A stretch of DNA of 35,151 nt from Octopus bimaculoides (lineage: Eukaryota): the NCBI RefSeq assembly GCF_001194135.2, contig NC_068984.1:145380711-145415861 (forward strand). The letters run 5' to 3'. The notes under the pieces were generated by a model. That model searched no databases. It was not told the origin of the DNA and saw only the letters and a program-made list of their open reading frames with translations. Both the position numbers and the translations under genes were made by a program. This document shows, one piece after another, positions 23,941 to 33,927 of this stretch (positions are counted from its first letter, which is position 1; the number at the start of each line of letters is the position of its first letter).

Positions 23941-24542
23941 AACAAAATTACGCTATTTACTTTTTTTTCTTTCTTAAGGGTGTGATTTAAATCAATCAAT
24001 ATTTTTCAGGTGGGGTGGGGGGAGGGGGGTCTTGCTACATGAAATATGTCGTTCTCTACTGAACACCCATTAACAGCAACGTGACTATATTTAATGGACT
24101 TTTCGGTTGGAATTCTGATTAAAGGACACTGAGCATTTCATAGACTGAAGACTTCTGGGAGTAACCAGGCTATCCTTTACTCTAGCATATCACACAGGGA
24201 TATCAATTCATTCAATAAACTGACATGAAATGAGATCAAATCCTTCCTGATAACCAATTATTTTTCAATGGTTATATCCATTTCACCCTTGTAATTATTG
24301 GGTGGAGGAGGAGGGAGGGTTGCATCACTTTCCGGTGATATTTCAGAACCCCTTGATGTAAGGTGTGGTGTCTTGATGCACCTCGTGTCTGCTATATCGA
24401 TGCACCCTCTGCCAGATATAATGTCTGGATGCAGCTTGTGTAGATTGAGGGTGTTTTGAGGTGATTTTTGTACTTTAAAAGACGCAATATCTTAATGGCA
24501 CATATATATATAATTCTTTGTTGCTCACAGGGGGCTAAACAT

Positions 24543-24841
24543 NNNNNNNNNNNNNNNNNNNNNNNNNNNNNNNNNNNNNNNNNNNNNNNNNNNNNNNNNN
24601 NNNNNNNNNNNNNNNNNNNNNNNNNNNNNNNNNNNNNNNNNNNNNNNNNNNNNNNNNNNNNNNNNNNNNNNNNNNNNNNNNNNNNNNNNNNNNNNNNNNN
24701 NNNNNNNNNNNNNNNNNNNNNNNNNNNNNNNNNNNNNNNNNNNNNNNNNNNNNNNNNNNNNNNNNNNNNNNNNNNNNNNNNNNNNNNNNNNNNNNNNNNN
24801 NNNNNNNNNNNNNNNNNNNNNNNNNNNNNNNNNNNNNNNNN
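24543..24841. other. Assembly gap
   Basis: Run of N. Confidence 1.
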
Positions 24842-26316
24842 TTTTAAGTAAAACTAAAATAAAATGATACAAACCAGAATGAAGTAGAATTCAGTAGAAA
24901 TATGAAAAGAATCAATGAAAGAATATCTTAAAAGAAAAAAAGTTGACTGTTTATGGATGATAAATAATATTTGGCAAGAAATAGTTTATGGCTGAAGAAT
25001 TTCCGGAAGGTTAAAAATGTTTTGATGATTTGTTAGTTGAATAAGAATCAGAATTGATGATGTATTTGTTGTGATATTTTACTATTTTATAGCATTAATA
25101 GTTATTTATTAATTATCTATACTAATTACTACTGTTAAGTATTGTAGTTAAATTAGAAGATAAAAATGATCAAATGGTATTTCACATTTATTCTTAATAT
25201 ATTCTGGCAGATTTGAATGCAAATATGTTAATCCCTGTTGTGTTTGTCACAGGAGAACAGCTCCTTCTCTGCAATGGCAATGTGTTCATAACACACTCGA
25301 TTCATTAGAACAAAGAATTCTAGGACACAATTCCAACATGTATCTCATCAGCCAGAAGTACCCAGATCAATAAATCTAACAAAAGTCAATGGTTTTGTTT
25401 ATAATTTCAGCAAACAAACTTTTTGCTGATCCATGCTGACATCAACCAATGCTGTTAACCATGCATTTGAGAGTTTATTACTATCAAAGCCAAGCTATTA
25501 GAAGCTGTGTCATCACAACAGCGGTTACTTGATTAAGATCTCTCCAACTAGGTCAAGAAATGGTTACATACAGCTTTATACTTTAGTCACAATCTCAATC
25601 AGAATCACAACAGAAAGGGAGCTAGAGAGGTGCTTCTTTTCAATAGAATTGTGAAAAATGTGTCATTGAAACACAAATCTTCAACTCATAGCACAATTTC
25701 TGTATCTAAAGCTCAGTAAATCAAGATCTTATTGGTTTCTTACTGGTATTGAAGTATGGCCAGCAGTACAAGACACTAGTGAAACGCTATAGCAGTGCAG
25801 GTCATTTTTTTGTAACAGGGAGTAGAGTAAGGCTCTTCCACTTTTGTCCTATGGTCAACAGGAAAGATCTAGCAGAAAGGATAAGTATGTTAAAGATCAC
25901 ATGACTTGACCACAAAGGTAAACACAATCAAAAGTGATTAAATGAAAAATGACATTTTCAAGCAATGCTTTTGCAATAAATTTCTTGATATTAGAGTTGA
26001 GGGTTAGTGAGACATAACGAAATTAATGTGATTGATTGGTAGAAAAGAATGCAACACTAAAGATGATTTGTTGAAATATAATTTAAACAATAAAAATACA
26101 AAATGTTTATTGATTTAGAGAGAGAGAAGGAAATTAAGTAAACAGACAACTGCTGAAAATGACCAATTATAGATCTTAGCCACTGGAACTAAGGACATAG
26201 TTAAAAAAAAAAAAATCCTTGATTTTTCTCATCAGTTTATCGAAAGAAGCATCAAGCAATATTAACATAAGATTTCTTTTTTTTAAGCAAATAAAATCTT
26301 TTTTTTTTTTTTAACA

Positions 26317-26319
<3 letters not shown>

Positions 26320-26351
<32 letters not shown>
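26320..26351. repeat. Poly(A) tract within an A/T homopolymer-rich region
   Basis: About 30 consecutive A. Confidence 0.9.
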
Positions 26352-26352
<1 letters not shown>

Positions 26353-26859
26353 AGGAAAATGACATGATTTGATGGCAGAACATTCCAAAAGAAAAAAAGT
26401 CTGGACTGCAAAAGAAAAGCAATTTTTCTTAAAAAACATTTTTTTCAGTGGAGAGGTCGTGGCGGTGGGGATCAGAATATGTTTTGAAAGTCCAAAAGTC
26501 TGTGGGATTTTTTAAAAAAAGCAAAAAAAAAGAAAAAAAAAAAACGCCGCTGAAAATGAATTTTTTTTCATTTTTCTCACCTGAACTGTGATGAGTTTAC
26601 TTTGGTATAAAAATATCAATGACTTTGATACAAAGAAATTTAATATTTTAGAATAGAAATAACTGATTATTATTTATGGTGGCTTTTGTACAGGTCGTTT
26701 GGGATAGGGATGAGGGCAAAACTCTTTCGGGGGTTCAGGAATTTTTTTCTTTTATCTCTGTAGTTTTAACTATAATCTTATTATAAATGATTGTTGTCAT
26801 AGTAACATTTTCATAACAAAATTAGTTTTCCAAGCGGCTGTAATTTGTGTGTTTATGTA

Positions 26860-26890
<31 letters not shown>

Positions 26891-27417
26891 AAGTATGTTT
26901 TAGAATGGGTATACTTGTGTGGCTTATAAAATATCAATGTTTGTGTAACTCTATATAAAAATAGTCAAACATTATTTTGAAGAACCCATCTCTTCCTTTC
27001 AGTAGAGAACCATATTTTATTTTATGTTTTGGCTTTTACAAGGAAATGGTGACAGCGGCATTAAAGTTGGAGGTTAGTAACTGTCATCAATCCGGATGAA
27101 TACTAATCCAATATTTCAAGGCAACTGTCAGCGTTTTCCTTGTAAAAATGAAATACTAAATATTTGTGTGTGTGTGTGTGTGTGTGTGTGCATATACATG
27201 TGTGTGTGTGTGTGAGCAAAGCCTCAAGAGAAATTTAGCAAACTAGAACAAGGGAACAAGACTCTTCTGCCCTAGGATGGGGGGAGTTCTCTCAAAATTC
27301 AAGATGGCTAAGATTTTTTTTGTTTTTTTTAGGGAGAAGCCAGATATTCTTGTACCCCTTCTTGGCTCTTCAGGCACTGGGCCCAACTACTGGCTGGACC
27401 CAACTCTTCTTATAAGC

Positions 27418-27452
<35 letters not shown>

Positions 27453-27480
27453 ATTCGTGTGTGTGTTATATGTTTAGTAT

Positions 27481-27691
27481 TTACAGTTCCACTTTGGGAC
27501 TTTCAACATTGAGACCAGCGGCGGCAATTTCGTTTTCATCTTCCTCTTCCTCTTCACCTTCAATCAGATCCGAGTCTTCGGTATCAGACAAATACTCTGC
27601 TTCTCCAGTGTAGTGTGTTGGATACACAAGCAATGGTTCTGCCGATAGTCCGACCAAATTGCGGGGGAAGAAAAAGGATTTCCATTCATCT
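27481..27691 (-). CDS. COLGALT1: Procollagen galactosyltransferase, terminal coding exon
   Basis: Acceptor tttgcag|, phase 2. Encodes (E)DEWKSFFFPRNLVGLSAEPLLVYPTHYTGEAEYLSDTE...SPKVEL*. EPLLxYPTHYTG..GY.SDTE is the COLGALT signature. Confidence 0.95.
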
Positions 27692-28825
27692 CTGCAAACA
27701 TAAAAGACAAACAACCAACAAACATTACTCTCCCTCTCGAAAATTCCTTATCATAATATCTATAATAGTGATATCTAGTGTGAGTTGTGACAAACTTGTG
27801 AAATTCTTCAGATGTGCTACATGGGTTAAAAATTGCCCAAATACTGATTTTTTCCCCATTTCTAAATAATAATTACACATTAATTACTCATTTTGGCTCC
27901 ATCTACCCTGACATTTATTTCCTAATTCTATGAAGTTTAATTTTATAAATATGTATATTATTTCATAAGTTTGATTTGGCTTTCAATATGTTCTTGCATC
28001 CCTTGAAGTAATTTGTATAAGAATAAGGGTGCCCAGGTCAATTGCTTTCTTTGACCCCTTATAAATTCTCTTTAGCTGTAATAATCTTCAAGCTGTTGGT
28101 CTTGGATTCTTCTGCCTTGTCAGTTATCCAACATTCTGCTGCCAATGTCTTCACCGTATCCTTAGCACAGGAAGCTGAGGTGTTGCCAGCTCTTTCCCAA
28201 GTGCCATTATAGTATAGTGGTTAGATAATGGTATTTGTATAGTAGTGACATAGTATAGTGGTGAAACTATCATAACAGTAATATAGTAAAGCAGTAGAAA
28301 GATTGAAGAGCAGTTATATAGAATAAGCGCATATTTGGTATCAGCATAAAATCCACCGCCTTATGTTACAAGCTCATTGAACGATCGATCCCCTGACGAC
28401 TTCCTTGATATACACTTGTCCCTCTGGGGCCAGTCGTGAGCTGTACGCAGCAGCCGATGTAGAAGCTGTTTGCCTATCAACTATTAAGATGTGAACTCGG
28501 CAATCTGTTGATGACATGTTCAGTGACAGGCAGTTAAAGGGAGATAACTATTGACAGCATTAAGGAGACTAACAAAAGTCAGTGTTTTGAGCGAGTGAAG
28601 ACGTTTCGTGTGTTTCCCAGTTTGTGCTTGTTTGACATTTTGTATCTTTTATTTGTTTCAGCCATTGGACTGTGGCCATGCTGGGGCACAGCCTTATATG
28701 CATTTTTGTATATTCTATATTCCCACGAGTGTGTTTGTAAGTAAATGGAATGGTGTGAAATGAAGTGTTTTGTTCAAGAACACAACACAGTGCCTAGGCT
28801 GGGAATTGAACACATGATGCCAAGT

Positions 28826-29155
28826 GCGCCTGACTGGCTCCCATGCCGGTAGCATGTAAAAAGCACCAACCGATTGTGGTCGATGCCAGTACCTCCAGAC
28901 TGGCTCCCGTGCCGGTGGCATGTAAAAAGCACCATCCGAACGTGATCGATGCTAGTGCCACCTGACTGGCTCACGTACCAGTGGCACATAAAAAGGCACC
29001 CACTATACTCTCGGAGTGGTTGGCGTTAGGAAGGGCGTCCAGCTGTAGAAACCTTGCCAGATCAGATTGGAGTCTGGTGCAGTTGCTGGCTTGCCAGACC
29101 TCAGTCAAACCGTCCAACCCATGCCAGCATGGAAAGCGGACATTAAATGATGATC
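28826..29155 (+). mobile_element. Family C interspersed repeat (SINE-like) with three internal 66-nt tandem units
   Basis: GACTGGCTC recurs at 28832, 28898 and 28964. It is followed by GTTAGGAAGGGCGTCCAGCTGTAGAAAC and a CCATGCCAGCATGGAAAGCGGACATTAAATGATGAT tail. Confidence 0.8.
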
Positions 29156-29284
29156 TGACGAGTGTGAGGGCAAGACTAACCACAAAGCAATGCACCTTCA
29201 TGTAGTAGCAGTCGTAGTAGTGGCAGCATTATGTAGCAGTAAGTTACAATGGAAGTTGTAAAATGACCAAAACAAAAGACTTAC

Positions 29285-29488
29285 TCTGGATGTCGGTCGA
29301 ACATGACAGGAATATACTCATCAACAGGTATCATTTTGGACAAGGGGTCAGCATCCAGCAGCTTTTGAGCCCCTTCAAGGGTCAAGATGTAACTTAACGT
29401 CCAGTAGGAATAGTTGGGCCAAACCAACATTGTTGTGCCAGGTACATCAGGTTCTGGTTTTCGAAATAATCTTTTTCTGCCAAGATAT
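29285..29488 (-). CDS. COLGALT1: Procollagen galactosyltransferase exon
   Basis: Acceptor ctttcag| and donor |gtaagt, phase 2/2, 204 nt. Encodes YLGRKRL...[42 protein letters not shown]. Confidence 0.96.
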
Positions 29489-30559
29489 CTGAAAGACAAA
29501 AGCACATTCCTGAATTCCATACATTCCAACATTTGTTGCTGATGCTGCTGCTGTTGTTGTCCAGCCTCAGCTCAGTCCTAATTAAACATAGTCCAACCAT
29601 GACTAATCCACAAAATGTCCAATTTTCCATTGTACCCTCCTTTTTTTTTTCTTTTGATAGTGTGTGATTTAAAGGAGATTTAGCAGCTCTATTTTTAGCA
29701 GGTTGAGGGACTACATAGAGGATCCCTTTATTATAGTAAAAGTGTTGGCTTACAAACTGACAACTAGTTGCAGACATTGTATTGTGTCTTAGAGTAAAGA
29801 GACATTCCATTTCAGTCCATTACATGCAACAGAAATAAAGGCAAATTTGCTGTGGCATTTGTCTTAAGATAAAAATCACTTATGGATGTGCTGTGTTTAA
29901 GAATACATCAGAGGCAGACAAAAGTCATTTTAGCAGTTTTTGTTTAGGAAACGGTTCTGAGGTGATTACTTGGCATTAAGAAGCAAATCCCAAAGTGTGA
30001 AAACCATTTCATCCAGGGGCACATACTAGATATCAGAGTGAAGATTATTAAATCAAGAATGAAATCCCTATGATTGTATCTATAAATGGTGAGTTACTTT
30101 TAAACTAAGATAGTTGAAATAATTCTATGTAAATTTGTTGAATGTAAAATATCAAAGTGAAGATCTGTCAAGCGAAAGAATGATGAAAGTATTTCGGTAT
30201 TTTGTGATGTCAACATTAAATTGTCATGTTCTTATTGTAAAGGAGATAGTAAACAGGAGTGTGGGGCACAAAGGTCACCATATAAACTTCAACAGTAACC
30301 CATGGGGCAGACATTCAGTTGGTCATATAAGACATCTCATGTAGGAATTTGCACTGAATTTTCCTCACCCCAAGCCACAACCTTGCCAACTTCTCTGAAA
30401 GACATGCTGTCTCTTTGATTTAAAATTTAAAAACATGTGGTCCTTATTCTAAGGATAGTAGGGTTCCCTTGATTTAGAATTTTAAAACCATGTTATCCCT
30501 TTTTAAAGATATTATTCCAAAGAATAATAGTAAGGAAGAAAACAGAATCAACAACATAC

Positions 30560-30687
30560 ACGAGATCCCAGTTTCTGACAATATATTCACATTCATAAAG
30601 TAGTTTTTCAAGTTTCTGTCGGAAGAATATTTCAAACCGTACGTCATCTTCAAATACAAGGGCTTTCCTGTAATTATTGTCGACAAC
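30560..30687 (-). CDS. COLGALT1: Procollagen galactosyltransferase exon (FEDD motif)
   Basis: Acceptor tttgtag| and donor |gtatgt, phase 0/2, 128 nt. Encodes VVDNNYRKALVFEDDVRFEIFFRQKLEKLLYECEYIVRNWDL(V). Not in the ORF track in this frame. Confidence 0.95.
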
Positions 30688-30968
30688 CTACAAAAAGAGA
30701 CGAGACATCTTTCCATTTAAACATCTCAGTGATAATGGTAAAATAGAGCAATATACAGTTGATGCGGGTTTTCCTGAATGTCTTCAATGTGTGTTGTGAA
30801 CAATGTGGATGTTTTGTATGTAATTCCCAGTGTTTCACCCTTTGTGTGAGAGATGAGGGAGTATGTGTGTGTTGCTGTGTGGTGGGTGATCGTATCTGGA
30901 TGTTTTCTGGTGTTGAGGGTAAGAAAGAAGTGGTTTTTGGCCGAGGCCACTTTCAAACAACTACTCAC

Positions 30969-31026
30969 ATCTTTCCATATGACAAAATGACTTAAAAAGC
31001 AGCCGATTTCTCCCATTGTCATCTGC
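30969..31026 (-). CDS. COLGALT1: Procollagen galactosyltransferase exon
   Basis: Acceptor ttacag| and donor |gtgagt, phase 2/0, 58 nt. Encodes (R)QMTMGEIGCFLSHFVIWKD, the GT25 GExGCxLSH motif. Confidence 0.95.
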
Positions 31027-31384
31027 CTGTAACATAACAAGAACTATCATTAAAGACCAAACAAAAGATGAGTCATTCTTCGACAACAACAATCAAACAA
31101 AACCTTAACTGCACGGAGTAAAGCTTTGTCTTCTCATGCATTCTGAACACACAGAAATCAGTTCTCACAACCTCTTTTTCTTGGCCAGTAAAAATAAAAA
31201 ATGGGTTTTACAGTATATGAAAAGTGGACAATTCTGGAAAGTGCTCTACTACAGAAAACAAATCAGTTCTTGAGTCCCATTTGCACATCCACAGAACTGA
31301 GAATATTTGTGTTTGCTTAGCGAGGGCCAAATCCTGGTTGAATTCTTCAGGTTGCACTCCACAAATAAATGGAATCTTTTACAG

Positions 31385-31555
31385 TCTGTTCTAGCAAAGT
31401 TTCTACAGCTGGATGCGCTTCCTAACATCAACTACTCCGAGAGTGTAGTGGGTGCTTTTATGTGCCACCAGTACAGGAGCCAGTCAGGCAGTTCTGGCAA
31501 CGACCATGCTCAAAGGGTGTTTTTTACGTACTTACCTGCAGAGGAGCCGGTGTTA
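31385..31555 (-). mobile_element. Family C repeat copy in a COLGALT intron
   Basis: GTTTCTACAGCTGGATGCGCTTCCTAAC..TCCGAGAGTGTAGTGGGTGCTTTTATGTGCCACC..GGAGCCAGTC. Confidence 0.75.
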
Positions 31556-31694
31556 CTAATGCTGAATAAAATGTACTCATAAACACATGGATCCAAAAGA
31601 TATTCTTCCCCCCTGATATCTGGCCTATGTCATACTGGTGAGTTATCACAGAGAGGTTAAAGAACTGAGACATGGGGTGCAAGCTACCTGGTGA

Positions 31695-31880
31695 TCTCAT
31701 TGGTGCCAGTGCCATGGATAAAAAGCTCCCAGTGCACTCTGTAAAGTATTTGGTACTAGAAAGGGCATCCAGCCATTGAAACCAGGCCAAAGCAGATGTT
31801 GGAGCTTGATGCAGCCCCCTGGGAGCCCTCAGTTCCTGTCAAACCCTTCAAAGCCAGGCAAACGGGACATCTGATGACCA
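31695..31880 (+). mobile_element. Degenerate family C repeat copy, opposite orientation in the same intron
   Basis: GGTGCCAGTGCC..TAAAAAGCTCCC..GCACTCTGTAAAG..GAAAGGGCATCCAGCC..GAAACC. Confidence 0.65.
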
Positions 31881-32024
31881 GACCAGCATGTTCTGGGCAG
31901 ATTCTTTGTAAACTGGAGTTTTGGTTGGAATTTTGTTTCTTTTTGGCTGCAGTCATCTCTGTATATCATAAAAGATCCTAAAATAAAATCAAGAAAATAA
32001 CTGCAGGTGAAAAATAGGACTCAC

Positions 32025-32099
32025 CTTCCGTGATAAGGATCTGCATACCCAGGTAGCTGCTTCACACCTAACTGCTTCAGATATGTGTCATTCAAAGTT
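32025..32099 (-). CDS. COLGALT1: Procollagen galactosyltransferase exon
   Basis: Acceptor tttgcag| and donor |gtgagt, phase 2/2, 75 nt. Encodes (K)TLNDTYLKQLGVKQLPGYADPYHG(R). Confidence 0.94.
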
Positions 32100-32189
32100 C
32101 TGCAAACAAACAAATTCCTCGGTTATTACAGACCGACCATCATTATTGGCTGTCGTTCGATCCAACAGACAATGGGGGAATTGGAAAAA

Positions 32190-32375
32190 TCATTATAGCA
32201 ATGGGCACAATGCCTTGCAGTATTTATTTCTGAGTTCAAATCCTGCCGAGGTTAGTCTTTGCCTTTCATCCCCCAGGAATCCATAAGATAGAGTACCGGT
32301 CAGGTGCTAGGGTTGGTGGTATTGACCTAGCCCCACATCTCTCCTCAAAGCTGCTGGCTTGGGGGTTAAAATAGA
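32190..32375 (+). mobile_element. Degenerate family B SINE in a COLGALT intron
   Basis: CTGAGTTCAAATCCTGCCGAGGTTAGTCTTTGCCTTTCATCC...GAGTACCGG. Confidence 0.6.
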
Positions 32376-32869
32376 ATTATTTGATTTAGCAAATGTATAT
32401 CCCAGGCATGACCTTCACGTTTTATATTCAGATATAAGACTATATTATCTAACGTGTTTTCAATTTGAAATACAGCAAGGTGAAGTCTGAAGAGAAACTG
32501 GCTGCTATTTCTAGGAAGTGGAATAACCTCATAGCAAACCACTTGTTCAGAAGTCTGTAACTGAGAAATTTGCTTAGAAAGTTTTCATCTGCAACTGCTT
32601 GGTTTTGTGTCTATTTTTACTGAGTAGCACCTTAGGCAAGTTTCTCCAGCCATAGCCTGAAATCAAGTCAGGCCTTAAGAGTGAAATCTAATACATGGAA
32701 ACTGTGTGGAAGTTCATCAGAGACGCAGACTTTCCATTTTTGCACAGCAGACTTCCTCTGTTGCCTGGTTTTAATACAACCACCTTGGTCTTGGGAGGAA
32801 CTTTACTGAAGTTCACTCTGCCGCCAGCATTTTGACCAGGTCATTTCAGTTCCCTTATCTTTTTCTTGT

Positions 32870-33062
32870 TTCAGACTGTGGCCATGCTGGGGCAACACCT
32901 CGAAGAATTTTTAGTTGAATGAATTGACCCCAAGACCTTTTTATTTTTTAAAGCCTGATACTTATTTTATCACTCTCTTTTGCTGAACTGCTAAGTTACT
33001 GGGACATAAAACACACCAACACCAGTTGTCAAGCATTTATAGGGGACAAACACAGACACAAA
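32870..33062 (-). mobile_element. Family A SINE, 3' half, in a COLGALT intron
   Basis: TTTCAGACTGTGGCCATGCTGGGGC..TTGACCCC..CTAAGTTACTGGGAC..ACACCAAC..GTTGTCAAGC. Confidence 0.7.
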
Positions 33063-33144
33063 GATGTGCGTGCACACACACACACAAATAATGAATGGAT
33101 GGAGAACAATGATGATGATGATGAAAGAAAAACTGATGACATAC

Positions 33145-33251
33145 TTTCCATCAACAGCATTCAAAATAAAGATTTCAATGCCAAGTTCTCTCAGAGACAT
33201 AAGCATTTTCCGTCTTCTTTGTGGACGTCGGATCAAATTAATGAGATATAT
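33145..33251 (-). CDS. COLGALT1: Procollagen galactosyltransferase exon
   Basis: Acceptor cttgcag| and donor |gtatgt, phase 0/2, 107 nt. Encodes IYLINLIRRPQRRRKMLMSLRELGIEIFILNAVDG(K), the GT25 INL.RR..RR...AVDG motif. Confidence 0.95.
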
Positions 33252-33280
33252 CTGCAAGAGAAGGGATATTCTTCAGAACG

Positions 33281-33321
<41 letters not shown>

Positions 33322-33850
33322 TTTGCTATTCCATGTTTCTGTTCAATATTTAAATAATCTCTGTAGTCTAAAGATGTCTATCACTGGAATGAAGACTCCA
33401 GCTTCTATTTTCTGGATGCAATCAGTGATAAAGAACATCCATGCTTGTTACCGACATCAGGAGAAGGAAAAAGAAAGCAAGATGAAAAGATTTGTGACCA
33501 CCTCTTTTATTATACTTTATATCAGAGGAAGAAAAAGTATAATAAACACCCGGTCCAATAATATTCTTCAAACATAATCACAGAGATTTTAGCAGTAGCT
33601 AGATTAGTGTTAATTACTTAATTAACTCAGCAACAGCAGCAGGAGCAGGAGCAACACTCATACATCTAACTATAGACAAGAAATAACATTATTTTACATT
33701 ATGACTGTGTGGTTGACATGGTCACTTCACAACTACATGAAATGGTGTTGTTGATGTAGTAGTTGAGGTGTACTGGGATGCAGAGCAGTGTTGTGGTAGA
33801 GATTAGTGTATGGTGTGGTGCGGGCGGTGCGGTGTGGTGTTAATATTTAC

Positions 33851-33927
33851 CTGATCAAAGCCAAGTTTGCTACTTTTAACTGGTTGGAAAGAAATGAAAC
33901 GAGAGGGACGGAGTCGGGGCTCGATAA
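33851..33927 (-). CDS. COLGALT1: Procollagen galactosyltransferase exon; upstream exons are outside the window
   Basis: Acceptor gtttcag| and donor |gtaaat, phase 1/0, 77 nt. Encodes IEPRLRPSRFISFQPVKSSKLGFDQ, comparable to PSRFIS....KMGFDE in vertebrate COLGALT1. Confidence 0.9.

Noticed and set aside
2217-24872. Long ORFs in the track (2217-3005, 10164-11270, 14818-15768, 24468-24851 and similar)
   Set aside because: They run through N gaps and are poly-X artifacts.
28826-29000. 66-nt periodic repeat that could be mistaken for a CRISPR array
   Set aside because: Eukaryotic context, no unique spacers, and it is internal to a multi-copy SINE-like family.
1825-33357. Many ORFs rich in CVCV, THTH, YIYI or ERER
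   Set aside because: They are translations of microsatellites and SINEs with no protein signal.
1875-33927. Two glycosylation-related genes (HEX, COLGALT) in tandem as a functional cluster
   Set aside because: They act in different pathways (lysosomal catabolism versus ER collagen glycosylation), lie ~18 kb apart, and show no shared regulation; adjacency is probably coincidental without synteny data.
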